Shown in pieces: positions 15,445 to 25,355 of a stretch of DNA of 44,565 nucleotides. Each line of letters starts with the position of its first letter. Positions within the stretch are counted from its first letter, which is position 1. The notes below the pieces were generated by a model. The model was not told where the DNA came from. It worked only from the letters and a program-made list of their open reading frames with translations, and did no database searches. The stretch is taken from NCBI GenBank assembly GCA_015486895.1, contig WFQT01000412.1, positions 1 through 44,565 of the forward strand. Direction: 5' to 3'. Both the position numbers and the translations under genes were made by a program. The DNA is from Anaerolineae bacterium. Lineage in GTDB: Bacteria; Chloroflexota; Anaerolineae; JAADDB01.

Positions 15445-16605
15445 CTATGAACTTGTACAGTTTCCGGCTACCTCGGGAAGATCAAATGAAGCAGGACACG
15501 ATTCCCTTTTCCCCAACAAATAAAGCATCCACCTCTCGAAAATTCTTGTTACCCTACCCGGGTTGAACAACACCTCCAACCTTGCCCTTGCCCTTGCAGC
15601 TCTTGCTGTAGCCAGAAATGGATCCTGAAGTACCGCTGCTATAGCCGAGCGAAGAGCGTCTACATCTTGAGGTGGCACAATGTATCCGAATTCGTCAGAG
15701 GGTATTAAGTCCCTCATTCCTCCCACATTGGTTGCAATCACCGGAATACCCAGCGCCATGGCCTCCATGACAGCATTAGGTGTGCCTTCCGAATTACTCG
15801 CGTGGACTAACAAATCTGATGCTGCTACAATTCGGAAAACCTTATCAACCCCGACTTCGCCTGTGAATAGGACATATTCCTCTAGTCCTCGTTCAAGAAC
15901 ATTCCTCTCTAGGTCACTGCGGGCTGGCCCCTCACCTACTACTACTAAGCGCACATTGGTGTTTGTAATGGTTGATACTGCATCGATTATTATATCTATA
16001 TTTTTATCTTCATTCAATCTTCCGACAGTAGTGACTATGAATTCGTTGTTATCTCGCCCGTACAATCTCCTCGGGATATCGTTTCTTTCTTCCTCGGATA
16101 TGGGGGGCACCTCAATCATATTACCTACCCATGCGATCGTGCCGGAATATCCTTCACGTTTGAGGTCTTTCAGGCCTTGTGACGAATTCACTACCATTAG
16201 GTCCAGTCCCGACTCACAAAAGCGATACCAAAACCCCATTGACTTACGCGTTGGGCCCAACCCACTCCGCAGCGAGCCTACTTTTTTGACTCGACCCGGC
16301 AAAAAATGGGCATATATGTTAAGAAAATAACTCCATGACCACCAAATATCTACTTCTCTTTTCCGGCACAATTCCCTAATTTTCAACGCACGCCATAAAG
16401 GATTGGACTCTGGTAGCCTCAAAACCTCGACTCTCAATTGCTTGATGCGATCGAGCCACACTCCGTCGGAAGAGAAAACCCATACTTCCGGCTTGAAGAG
16501 CGATCTATCAACATATTTGAGGAAATTATAAAGCTGTCTTTCGCTGCCTCCCACATGGAGTTGTCCAATTGCAAGCACCAAGCGAAAGGGAGAAGAATGC
16601 TGCAT
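15445..16605 (-). CDS. GT4-family glycosyltransferase
   Basis: HVGGSERQ near the N-terminus; C-terminal HASNSEGTPNAVMEAMALGIPVIATNVGG. Confidence 0.8.
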   Translation of the reverse strand: MQHSSPFRLVLAIGQLHVGGSERQLYNFLKYVDRSLFKPEVWVFSSDGVWLDRIKQLRVEVLRLPESNPLWRALKIRELCRKREVDIWWSWSYFLNIYAHFLPGRVKKVGSLRSGLGPTRKSMGFWYRFCESGLDLMVVNSSQGLKDLKREGYSGTIAWVGNMIEVPPISEEERNDIPRRLYGRDNNEFIVTTVGRLNEDKNIDIIIDAVSTITNTNVRLVVVGEGPARSDLERNVLERGLEEYVLFTGEVGVDKVFRIVAASDLLVHASNSEGTPNAVMEAMALGIPVIATNVGGMRDLIPSDEFGYIVPPQDVDALRSAIAAVLQDPFLATARAARARARLEVLFNPGRVTRIFERWMLYLLGKRESCPASFDLPEVAGNCTSS

Positions 16606-18039
16606 CTACCGATCTCCCTCGCGTGAAGTCCAGCTACAACCAGAAAGACTGCCACCAAGACCGATCAACAACCAAAGCAACTTGTTGTACTGATCGTGCT
16701 TAGTGATACCTCCTACCAACAACAGAATAAAAACCAGTGACCAAGTTTGCATTAAGGGAGAGATAACAGCATTGCTGAGGTGCGAAAATCTCCGTAACGA
16801 TCGCCCAGACGCCACCAGCATGGCAATGAAGAAAACCAGCCCTATCAAACCGGTCTCCGCCAGCACCTGCAGGTACATGTTGTGGGCACCATCATGCAAG
16901 TAACGAGGAGCCAACAAATCGGCACCATAGAATGGCAATTGTGCGAAGAACTGGCCAATCCCAATACCTCTGAGAGGATGTGCCAGCCACATACGAAGAC
17001 CGGCGTGCCAGAGTGCATATCGGATTCCCACCGTGTCAGTCCCATGGCGCACTGCAGGTAAGATGGAACCAAGTATTAGCAAAATATTGTCCGCAAAAAT
17101 CCAGATGACCGATGTTACCGCCACAAGCACTACTATAGCCTGCCAGCGCCGTTGCTTCAGGTGCTGAATAGAAAGCAAGCCCATAGCCAGTATAAGTAAC
17201 AATAAGCCCGTACGAGAGACGGTAACTACTGCTCCATAAACCACGACGGCCATGCCTATCACCAACCCTGAATGCAGTAGACGATTTCGGGTTGTGGTCC
17301 AGAGATAGTACATCAAGACCAACGACGTTACGAAGTAACGTGCCGCGCCGTTAGCCCCACCTGCCAAGCCCCCTGAGCGGATGGACTCTTTTATGCTTTG
17401 GCCGACCACGCCCTGATGGATGGCATAAGCGGCAGAAGGTAAAGCGGCGAGTGAGAAAGCCCACATCAGCAAGCGGTGTTTGGCGGGTGTATCAAGCAAC
17501 CTCGAAGCGAGCCAGGCCAGCAGCCAGAGCTGTACAAATGTGGACAACCAAATGCGGTCATGATAGCCGGGGAGCAAGGCTGCTGCTGGGTTGCTGACCA
17601 GTATCCATATCACGAAGAGGCCGCCCCAAAGCAATCCGGGAGGAAGGCGGCCGCTTAGGGCAGTATGGTGCCCCAGGTCGTGCAGAAAGTAACTTGCCAG
17701 AGTAACGCCGCCCAGAAGGGCCACGACGGACGTGGCGTAAGGGACAGGGGGAAGTATTTCCAGCACGGGAAGACTAGAGGCCACGATGACAAGCCCCCAG
17801 TGGGGTTGGCGCAGGATAAGCAGGACCAACATCACAAGGACAGCAGTTACCAATTTCGATACGAACTGGGTATAGGTGGTGCGAGCAACGATGCGCCCTG
17901 CCAGAAAACTAAACAGGAGGGCGAGAAAAGTCCCAACGACAAGCAGGTACTTGTTCGAATATAGTAGTCGAGAAAGGTTCACGTCCACTCCTAGCATCTC
18001 ACGGGAATAAGGCCTATACAAAGCCAGAGTATGGAACAC
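16606..18039 (-). CDS. O-antigen ligase / Wzy-like polymerase family membrane protein
   Basis: At least 10 hydrophobic segments, with the Wzy_C-type region SRTGLLLLILAMG ... AHNMYLQVLAETGLIGLVFF. Confidence 0.7.
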   Translation of the reverse strand: MFHTLALYRPYSREMLGVDVNLSRLLYSNKYLLVVGTFLALLFSFLAGRIVARTTYTQFVSKLVTAVLVMLVLLILRQPHWGLVIVASSLPVLEILPPVPYATSVVALLGGVTLASYFLHDLGHHTALSGRLPPGLLWGGLFVIWILVSNPAAALLPGYHDRIWLSTFVQLWLLAWLASRLLDTPAKHRLLMWAFSLAALPSAAYAIHQGVVGQSIKESIRSGGLAGGANGAARYFVTSLVLMYYLWTTTRNRLLHSGLVIGMAVVVYGAVVTVSRTGLLLLILAMGLLSIQHLKQRRWQAIVVLVAVTSVIWIFADNILLILGSILPAVRHGTDTVGIRYALWHAGLRMWLAHPLRGIGIGQFFAQLPFYGADLLAPRYLHDGAHNMYLQVLAETGLIGLVFFIAMLVASGRSLRRFSHLSNAVISPLMQTWSLVFILLLVGGITKHDQYNKLLWLLIGLGGSLSGCSWTSREGDR

Positions 18040-18044
18040 TTTGG

Positions 18045-19220
18045 TTAATGATCCGAAGTTCCAGATAGCTCTGACATAATCTTCCGTAGATTAAAGGCTA
18101 CTCTGGGGGCATAGAATTGCTTCGCTGCCTTCAAAGCATTACGAACCAAGCGGGCCCGTAGACTTGCGTCACTTCGCAAAATATAGAGACCCTCTTTCAG
18201 GGCGGCAACTGAAGGTCTATCTACAATCAGAGCACACTCATGGCGTTTAAGAAACTCTGCAAGGAAGCAGTCAGATGGAAGATGTGCTAAAATAGGCCTT
18301 CCGCTTATCAAATACTCAATCACTTTGGTTGGGAAAATTGTTTGTATCTCCTCTGGGGCAAGGGAACTAGTGAAACCATGTGGCAATAGCAAAATGTCCG
18401 CACGGCGCAAACGCTGCACCAATTGGTCGCGCGAAACAGTCTCTACAGTCACTTTCGGGCCAACAAACCCTAATCGCTCCAACACAATACGAGAAGTTCC
18501 ACTCAACAGTGTAAGATGAACGTCCTGTACTTCCTGAACCATCTCGGACATACGTCTAGCCGCGTCCGAACAGGAAGCATTAATATTCCCTGCGAAGCAT
18601 AACCGGGTCGGCCGATGCAGCGCTGAGGACGATTCATACTCGGGCACAGGTTCGTTAAAAGTGTGAACCAGAGGAGAACACCTAAGCCTTGGGTACTGAC
18701 GCTGATACAACTTTTGCATTCCCTCACTCATGACGAATACATGTCTGGAGTAATCAAAGACACGGGGCTGTAACCACTGCGCTAGCTTGCTGTGCCGATG
18801 ATTCTCGAGCAAAGTATTATGAAAGTAGGCAAACAAAGGCTTACGAGTAACCCTGGCTATCATGTAGGCAGCTAACAAGTATATCTCATCAGGGTAAATA
18901 GCCAAAATCGCTTCACAGCGTTGAGATAGAAGTACCATAAGAGAGAACAGCACCAGCCAGGGAAACTGAACTTTTCGCAACCAGCGCTCACCGCGCAACC
19001 TGGACGGCCAGATCGTTGCATAGTAAATGCGGGGCCACTCACGGGACCAGGTGACTCTAGGCCTGCCGGGCTCAAAGGCCCCCACTATCACCATCTCATC
19101 CCGCGTGAATTGCTTAGCCAGATTGCCGATAATGACGGCCGAACCAGTCACCGCTGGTGGAACACTGCGACTCAGTACCAGCGTCTTGGGAAATGGCAAG
19201 GTATCGGTACTTGTGCTCAA
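18045..19220 (-). CDS. GT-B (GT4-like) glycosyltransferase
   Basis: C-terminal ..[10 protein letters not shown]....[19 protein letters not shown].. The start is set at TTG 19218-19220 (GGGAGG just upstream), which overlaps the upstream TGA. The ORF track start at 19301 would overlap the epimerase gene by 85 nt. Confidence 0.55.
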   Translation of the reverse strand: MSTSTDTLPFPKTLVLSRSVPPAVTGSAVIIGNLAKQFTRDEMVIVGAFEPGRPRVTWSREWPRIYYATIWPSRLRGERWLRKVQFPWLVLFSLMVLLSQRCEAILAIYPDEIYLLAAYMIARVTRKPLFAYFHNTLLENHRHSKLAQWLQPRVFDYSRHVFVMSEGMQKLYQRQYPRLRCSPLVHTFNEPVPEYESSSALHRPTRLCFAGNINASCSDAARRMSEMVQEVQDVHLTLLSGTSRIVLERLGFVGPKVTVETVSRDQLVQRLRRADILLLPHGFTSSLAPEEIQTIFPTKVIEYLISGRPILAHLPSDCFLAEFLKRHECALIVDRPSVAALKEGLYILRSDASLRARLVRNALKAAKQFYAPRVAFNLRKIMSELSGTSDH

Positions 19221-20287
19221 TTGCCTCCCCCCTTCAACCGCTGTACCCACCCTACATAAATCTCCTCGAAAATCATGGGCAAAGTCTTTGTGATGTCCCA
19301 TCCGGGATAGTGTGCTCTCATCTTGGACAGATCCGAGATATAGCAGATGTGATCACCTTCACGATTCTTGTCAATATACTCCCAACGCATCTTCCGTCCG
19401 CTCAATTGCTCGACGTAGTCAAAGGCCTCTAAAATCGAGCACGAATTGCCACGGCCACCTCCTATGTTATACACTTCGCCAGAACGAGGGCTGTTATAGA
19501 AGAATTCGATGAATCTGGCTACGTCATAAGCATGGATGTTGTCACGAACCTGTTTCCCTTTGTAGCCATAAACATGATAAATACCACCGCTCACATTGAC
19601 CTTGACCAAATAGCTGAGGAAACCATGCAGTTCCACTCCAGAATGATTTGGGCCCGTCAGGCAACCTCCACGCAAGCAGCAAGTCTTCATCCCAAAATAA
19701 CGGCCATATTCTTGCACCATGACATCGGCTGCCACTTTAGATGCGCCAAAGATAGAGTGTTTGGATTGATCTATACGCATGTCTTCCCCGATGCCATTAT
19801 AGTCTTCCGGTCGCGCATAGTCCCACCGAGTGGGAAGTTCTTTCAAAGGTAGCTCGTTGGGAGCATCACCATACACTTTATTGGTAGACATGTACACAAA
19901 CACCGCTTCTGGTGCATATCGTCGAACAGCCTCAAGTAAGTTGAGGGTACCAACTGCATTGACGTCAAAGTCGTCGAACGGGCGCCGAGCTGCCAGGTCA
20001 TGGCTGGGCTGAGCAGCGGCGTGAACGACGAGATCAGGACGCAGTTGTTCGATGCATGCCAATATTCCTGTCCGATCGCGAATGTCCAGTTCGTGGTGCT
20101 GAAAATTGCGGCAGGTGGCCTCCAGACGACGCTGGTTCCAGCGTGTATCGCCCGCCGGGCCGAAGAAATCGGCTCGCATGTTGTTGTCAATTCCATGTAC
20201 TTCCCAGCCCAAGTGATCAAAGTGCACCACAACCTCAGAACCAATCAGGCCGCTAGAGCCAGTGACAAGCAAGGTTTTCCTATTCAT
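19217..20287 (-). CDS. NAD-dependent epimerase/dehydratase, CDP-paratose-2-epimerase-like
   Basis: [29 protein letters not shown] (YxxxK region), [21 protein letters not shown] at 20285-20287 has GGAGGA 9 nt upstream. The 481-aa track ORF is an artefactual extension. Confidence 0.8.
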   Translation of the reverse strand: MNRKTLLVTGSSGLIGSEVVVHFDHLGWEVHGIDNNMRADFFGPAGDTRWNQRRLEATCRNFQHHELDIRDRTGILACIEQLRPDLVVHAAAQPSHDLAARRPFDDFDVNAVGTLNLLEAVRRYAPEAVFVYMSTNKVYGDAPNELPLKELPTRWDYARPEDYNGIGEDMRIDQSKHSIFGASKVAADVMVQEYGRYFGMKTCCLRGGCLTGPNHSGVELHGFLSYLVKVNVSGGIYHVYGYKGKQVRDNIHAYDVARFIEFFYNSPRSGEVYNIGGGRGNSCSILEAFDYVEQLSGRKMRWEYIDKNREGDHICYISDLSKMRAHYPGWDITKTLPMIFEEIYVGWVQRLKGGGN

Positions 20288-20765
20288 GCCGGTAATCCTC
20301 CATGTAATGTATATTGCAAAGCACAAAGCAACCTCTGGCCGCAAGCAAATTCTCAACACAGAGACGCATACGGCCCCCTTCATAACAGACAAGCCGAACA
20401 GCTTCAAGCAAGTTGAGCGTACCAACAGCGTTGACGTCGAAGTCGTCGAACGCCCGACGGGCCGCCAAATCATGGCTGGGCTGGGCAGCGGTGTGAACGA
20501 CGAGATCAGGATGCAGTTGTTCGATACATGCCAGTATCCCTTGCCGATCCCGGGTATCCAGCTCATGGTGGCGAAAACTGCGACAGGTTGCCTCCAGACG
20601 GCGCTGGTTCCAGCGCTTGTCACCGTCCGGACCGAAGAAGTCGGCCCGCATGTTGTTGTCAATCCCGTGCACTTCCCAGCCCAGGTGATCGAAGTACGTC
20701 ACCACTTCAGAACCGATCAGGCCGCTGGAGCCAGTTACCAGGATTGTGTTTTTGTCCATGTTCAT
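20280..20765 (-). pseudogene. Truncated 5' copy (about 121 codons) of the epimerase gene
   Basis: [44 protein letters not shown]...NLLEAVR has about 15 substitutions against the intact copy. It then continues with unrelated sequence to a stop. Its ATG forms an ATGA overlap with the upstream gene. Confidence 0.8.
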
Positions 20766-22480
20766 TTTTCCCCTCGCAACTGGACTGCATATAAGTGCCA
20801 ATGTGGGAATGGACTTCCTAGATCTGACAAGCCCACTTCCCGGCATTCCCTAGCTACCTCAACTGCTGATTCTAGATGCAAGTCCTCTCCTTCTTTCAGC
20901 AGGACATAGCCAGCTCCTGACTGTTCTATGAATCTGACAAACTCCTCACAAGTTCCGTTAGCGGGACTACTTCCCCAAAATCCTGTAGGAAGACGGTTCG
21001 CATAACGTATCAGATGTGGTGAGCTAGCCCAAACGACGGCTGAAGGCTCAGTCGAGCCGGCGACAAACTTGACTACTGCTTTCCTTTCTATCTGTGTAAA
21101 CCCTGTGTTGGACCACTCAGATACCTTGGCCAGCGCGAACACTGAGGTACCAATTAAAGAGATTACTGTAAGCACCAGACCCAATCGAACAAACGCATTA
21201 CCAAGATCAGCCCTGCGCCCCAACCGGTGCCGGCCTGCGGCGATGTAGCTACGCCATCGTCGGATCAGTTCAGCAAGTAGGACTGCCTGAAGTCCAATCA
21301 AGCCCCAAACGAAGTGCAAGAAATAAGCCATTCTGTAGAACGTAAGCATATACGCCCCCAGAGAAAGCGATAATAAGAACGGTATAACCAAAGCCAATCT
21401 AGTATTGCGGTTCATGTGTATCGACCAGAATTGTTCCCCGCGCAGAAATCTGTCCACCAGAATCGTAACACTTGTCAATAAAAGCCCAGGAACCGCCATG
21501 CCCCCAAAGCCCCTGGACGTTTTGAGCCCTTGCACTGCTGCAAATACTATCCTGTGTAAAAACGCTACTGGTGCCCGTCGCGCGGCCTGAAGTAGACTGT
21601 ACCGGTTCTCCTCAGGAGAACCAAAGACTTGCCGCGCAAACACTCGACCTTCAAAGAAGGGAGAACCTTGGATACGTTCTGGGTAAACAAAGCCGTAACC
21701 TTGCTCAAAAGCCTGATATGTCCGTCGTGTGTTGAGCCAGTTCGGCTTTCCCCCCTCGAGCCAAATCCAAGCAGAAACCAACAGCATAGCAACCATAAGG
21801 GTACCGAGATAGCTAATTGAAAGCTTCCAGCGAACCTGACTGGGTGACAGGACGAACAACCCGATGAAAACCAGCAGCGCAGCAACCAAGCCGTCTGCCC
21901 GCGAAAGCCAGAGCATGATGATTACCATACCAAGCACTACTGCCCATCGCTGCGAGGTTCTTAAAATGGTGCGCAACATTAACATACCAACGCACGCAAA
22001 GAAAGTCATGGCTAACCAGTGCGATGGATTGGCGTTCAAATTGATGATCAAGGCAGGAGACACAAGGAACACAAGGGGCATCAGGTGTGCAGCGTCGTGC
22101 CAACCAGCTTCTCTCAGATACGATGTAGTGAATGCCGCAGTCAGAACCCAACACACACCTATTAGCAACCTCGCACCCCACAAGCCCGGAATACATGTTG
22201 GCAACGTGCACCAAGCGCTGACCAGCAGTTCACTCGCAGCCAAGCTTACGCTGGTCAGGGGAAACCCTGAGATGTTCAAAACAGTACTGCCAGACAATAG
22301 CCTTCGTCCGCTTTCCAAATACGTGGTCTCATCCCCGGTTTGGAGTCCGCGTACTACGAACAAGACTATCAGTCCCAACACAGTGCAGCCTAGTTTCATT
22401 AACCATCTTCTGTTTCTTGTCGCCGATTGGAAAAGGCCTTTCGGCAATTCAATATGAGACTTAGTGAAGCGGTGACTCAT
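20762..22480 (-). CDS. Polytopic GT-C-like (ArnT/PMT-like) membrane glycosyltransferase, putative
   Basis: Many TM segments. The first loop motif [14 protein letters not shown] resembles the ArnT DETRYAEISREML element. A soluble C-terminal domain is present. The start is set at ATG 22478-22480 to avoid overlap with the upstream gene. Confidence 0.4.
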   Translation of the reverse strand: MSHRFTKSHIELPKGLFQSATRNRRWLMKLGCTVLGLIVLFVVRGLQTGDETTYLESGRRLLSGSTVLNISGFPLTSVSLAASELLVSAWCTLPTCIPGLWGARLLIGVCWVLTAAFTTSYLREAGWHDAAHLMPLVFLVSPALIINLNANPSHWLAMTFFACVGMLMLRTILRTSQRWAVVLGMVIIMLWLSRADGLVAALLVFIGLFVLSPSQVRWKLSISYLGTLMVAMLLVSAWIWLEGGKPNWLNTRRTYQAFEQGYGFVYPERIQGSPFFEGRVFARQVFGSPEENRYSLLQAARRAPVAFLHRIVFAAVQGLKTSRGFGGMAVPGLLLTSVTILVDRFLRGEQFWSIHMNRNTRLALVIPFLLSLSLGAYMLTFYRMAYFLHFVWGLIGLQAVLLAELIRRWRSYIAAGRHRLGRRADLGNAFVRLGLVLTVISLIGTSVFALAKVSEWSNTGFTQIERKAVVKFVAGSTEPSAVVWASSPHLIRYANRLPTGFWGSSPANGTCEEFVRFIEQSGAGYVLLKEGEDLHLESAVEVARECREVGLSDLGSPFPHWHLYAVQLRGEK

Positions 22481-22533
22481 GGAGAATACCCTGCAAGGAT
22501 GTATGGTGAAACCCTGCCAATACGCGCAGCCAT

Positions 22534-23913
22534 CTATGTAGAAGAAAAATAATCGACGATTGCCTCTGTAGCTCTGCCTCGATTCGCAAAGACGGACTCC
22601 AAGATAGCCCGACTGTACAGTGGCATCCTCGGTGGCGTTTCTTTCTGTTGTGAACAAAGATCAGCCAAGTACTGAGTCAGTTCATCAGCAGATGTGATAC
22701 GCTGAGCGAGTCCTCGACGCCAATTGTCCGCCAGTTCAGGCCATGACCGGGCATAGAATTGCAAAACAGGCTTCTGAACAAGGAGCGCTTCTATCATTGC
22801 TGTAGAGCAGATGGACCCGACGCAATCTGCCCCCGCAATTGTCTCAAACGCCGATAGCTCCTCTCTGACCAAAACCAATCCGGGCTTGTTGCGATACAGG
22901 CCACCATCCTCGTTTGGATGCAGTCGAACTACGACATGTACTCGATCCCCCAAACGATCCGCAGCCTCCTCCAGCCATGCTGCTGCTTCTTCCAGAACAC
23001 GCTGCCCGTTACGCCTGGGGTCATTACCGTTCGAGAAGAATACGAAAATTGGCAGATCGGTAAGTCCAAGAATGGTCGGTAAGTTTCGTTGTATCACCGT
23101 CGTCGGCTCAGCCACTAACACATCATGCCGAGGGCTGCCTAGAGCAACCAATCGATTGGCCGAAACTCCTATCTTTTCGAGCTGTGCCTTAGCGATATCC
23201 CCCCAGACTATCATCTCATCTGCCGTGAGCGGGAAATTGTAAGGCAGCACTGCTCCGTGCATCAGTACACTAGTTCGAATCTTCATGCGTCGCGCCTCAA
23301 TACAGAGAACAGAGGCTGGTGGGTACTGATCCAGCGTAACAATTACACGGCGCGGCTGGATATGTTCCAGGATACGTTTGAATTCCACACTATATGCATC
23401 TATCATATCGGTAAAACCACGAAAGTAGCTGTATCGCCCTTTGTCAGCTAGATTCGGGTATATCTGCAAGAGTGCTTCCCAGAATTCACGCCATAGCGGC
23501 GATCTGCGTCGTCGATACCGAGCGAACATGGTAATATCCGCGATCTCAGTTCCTTTGGTGAAAAACTCAATGCCTGGCGGGTGCAACAAGCCTACCCGGG
23601 CCCCATGCTGTTGTAGGCCACAGGCTACAGGAGACAGCGTGTCACGAAAGACGCTGCGCTTGGAGTCAAGATAGATCAGATGGTCCAGAGGTCGCGAACT
23701 CAAAACTGTTCGACGGCGATGAAAGAATGGTCGTACCAATCTCTTTATTCGTTCTCCACAACCCAGCGATGGCTCCTGTAGTAGAAAGGTCTTAAAGATC
23801 AACTGACGCATAGGAATAGCATACTCGTATGTCCGATACAAAGATGCGGTTTGATGTACATATTCTAGCCAGAGGTCGTCGAGGTTATTAGCGTGACTAT
23901 CTTCAGATATCAT
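22534..23913 (-). CDS. Large GT-B-like protein with HP motif (capsule-synthesis / sialyl- or Kdo-transferase-like), putative
   Basis: About 460 aa. VHVVVRLHPNEDGG resembles the HP motif of KpsS/KpsC, TagF and bacterial sialyltransferases. The call is not secure without an HMM search. Confidence 0.3.
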   Translation of the reverse strand: MISEDSHANNLDDLWLEYVHQTASLYRTYEYAIPMRQLIFKTFLLQEPSLGCGERIKRLVRPFFHRRRTVLSSRPLDHLIYLDSKRSVFRDTLSPVACGLQQHGARVGLLHPPGIEFFTKGTEIADITMFARYRRRRSPLWREFWEALLQIYPNLADKGRYSYFRGFTDMIDAYSVEFKRILEHIQPRRVIVTLDQYPPASVLCIEARRMKIRTSVLMHGAVLPYNFPLTADEMIVWGDIAKAQLEKIGVSANRLVALGSPRHDVLVAEPTTVIQRNLPTILGLTDLPIFVFFSNGNDPRRNGQRVLEEAAAWLEEAADRLGDRVHVVVRLHPNEDGGLYRNKPGLVLVREELSAFETIAGADCVGSICSTAMIEALLVQKPVLQFYARSWPELADNWRRGLAQRITSADELTQYLADLCSQQKETPPRMPLYSRAILESVFANRGRATEAIVDYFSST

Positions 23914-25355
23914 CAAGGGCGCCCTTCAATCACTCGTGGGAGTAGCATTCTCACCAATTTCGCAATCCGCTCCCCTGCCCGTCCATCTAAAGGCCCGCAC
24001 TCTGTTTCTCGAATACGTCGGCGACCATTTTCATCCATGGCAGGGTCCTCCAAGTACTGGTTGATCAACCTAATGCATTCCTCCGGACTGTGCGCTAGGC
24101 GTACGCCGCCACTTTCTAGAATGGAACGATAGTCTGTCCTCCGGTAAAAGCGGCGAACCGACAGGCCAGCCGGGACCCTTGCAGGCACATCATAATAAAT
24201 GTTGACGATGGGCTTGTCGAAAATGGCCGAGTCCACGGTCATCGTACCGCTTACATTGACCTGTACATCCTGATAGGCTAGAGTCGAGAGATGCATAGGT
24301 TCGTCTTCAAGGATAAGCTTTACGACAACACTCTCGTGTTCGGGACTGTTGTATGCAGCCTGACCAGGAGGTGGATAGACTGCCACCCCAGGATAGATCT
24401 GATGGATCAGCGGATGGCTGGAACCAAAACCGCGCGGATGACCACGCACCAAAAGTTGAGCTCCTCGCGCGAGTTTCCCGTCTCGTACAGCATCGGCCAG
24501 GGACTGAACAATATCAATCTCGTGCCCAATCAACGTCGGGGTAGCGCACGTGTAGACTACGAGCGGCCGCCCTGGATCCAATCCTATGCGTTGGAAGAAC
24601 TCTTTGCGCGGCAATCGATACGCCGGGTTCAGATGATGGTCAAATTGAGGTGACCCAGTAACATGTACTCTCTCAGGAGGAATCTCTGGGTACATGTGCA
24701 ACAAGAATCTTCGGGTTACCTCAGCCCAAACGAAATATGCATCGGCGTCAGGAAGGTGCTGGATCTTGGCGGCCAAGTTGTCTCTAGAACGGATCATTAC
24801 AGCCGTAGGAATGCCAAGGCTATTTGCAGCTTCAATTAGTACCATCTCACGCAAGCCTTCCGGCGAAAAACCAACCACAACCTTTGCTCCCCACTTACGA
24901 AGGAGCTCGCGGTACTGGCCCGCCACCGGATGACGCCGCAATGCTCGAGCGACTTTCTGCCTCAATGGTCGGGCCAAACCTAACCAACCTGCAAACCAAT
25001 GTGCAGCCAGCATCGCTCTAGCCTTTGTCAGACTGGCCACTCGTCGGAATCCGGGTCGAGGATGGCCCCTGTAGCTGCTGGCACGCAGCTTGACCCAAAA
25101 AGTGGTCGGATCGTAATATGACTTGCGGGTATAGTAAGCCTCCATGACCGTTCTGTGGAGTTGTGGATCGTCATGAGGGTCGAAGTCCAGTAATCGCCCT
25201 ATTTGCACACCCTCAGGCTGAGCTTGAAGAGAACCCTCGTACTGGTTCGGATCCACCAGCACAAGAACTTCTTCACCAGCCAGCCGTCGCCCCAATTCGC
25301 CATTGCGCACATTGCGCAAAGAAAGAAAACTATCGCAGCCAATGACGATGCTCAT
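23913..25355 (-). CDS. Second large GT-B-like protein with HP motif, putative surface-carbohydrate transferase
   Basis: About 480 aa. LLVRGHPRGFGSSHP plus the two-lobe layout (..VHVTGSPQFD.., ..VNVSGTMTVDSAIFDKPIVNI..). Confidence 0.3.
   Translation of the reverse strand: MSIVIGCDSFLSLRNVRNGELGRRLAGEEVLVLVDPNQYEGSLQAQPEGVQIGRLLDFDPHDDPQLHRTVMEAYYTRKSYYDPTTFWVKLRASSYRGHPRPGFRRVASLTKARAMLAAHWFAGWLGLARPLRQKVARALRRHPVAGQYRELLRKWGAKVVVGFSPEGLREMVLIEAANSLGIPTAVMIRSRDNLAAKIQHLPDADAYFVWAEVTRRFLLHMYPEIPPERVHVTGSPQFDHHLNPAYRLPRKEFFQRIGLDPGRPLVVYTCATPTLIGHEIDIVQSLADAVRDGKLARGAQLLVRGHPRGFGSSHPLIHQIYPGVAVYPPPGQAAYNSPEHESVVVKLILEDEPMHLSTLAYQDVQVNVSGTMTVDSAIFDKPIVNIYYDVPARVPAGLSVRRFYRRTDYRSILESGGVRLAHSPEECIRLINQYLEDPAMDENGRRRIRETECGPLDGRAGERIAKLVRMLLPRVIEGRP

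Noticed and set aside
19217-20662. The 481-aa ORF as a genuine long epimerase
   Set aside because: The N-terminal roughly 125 aa are an out-of-frame read through the duplicated 5' fragment. The intact enzyme starts at [13 protein letters not shown] (20287), which has a good SD.
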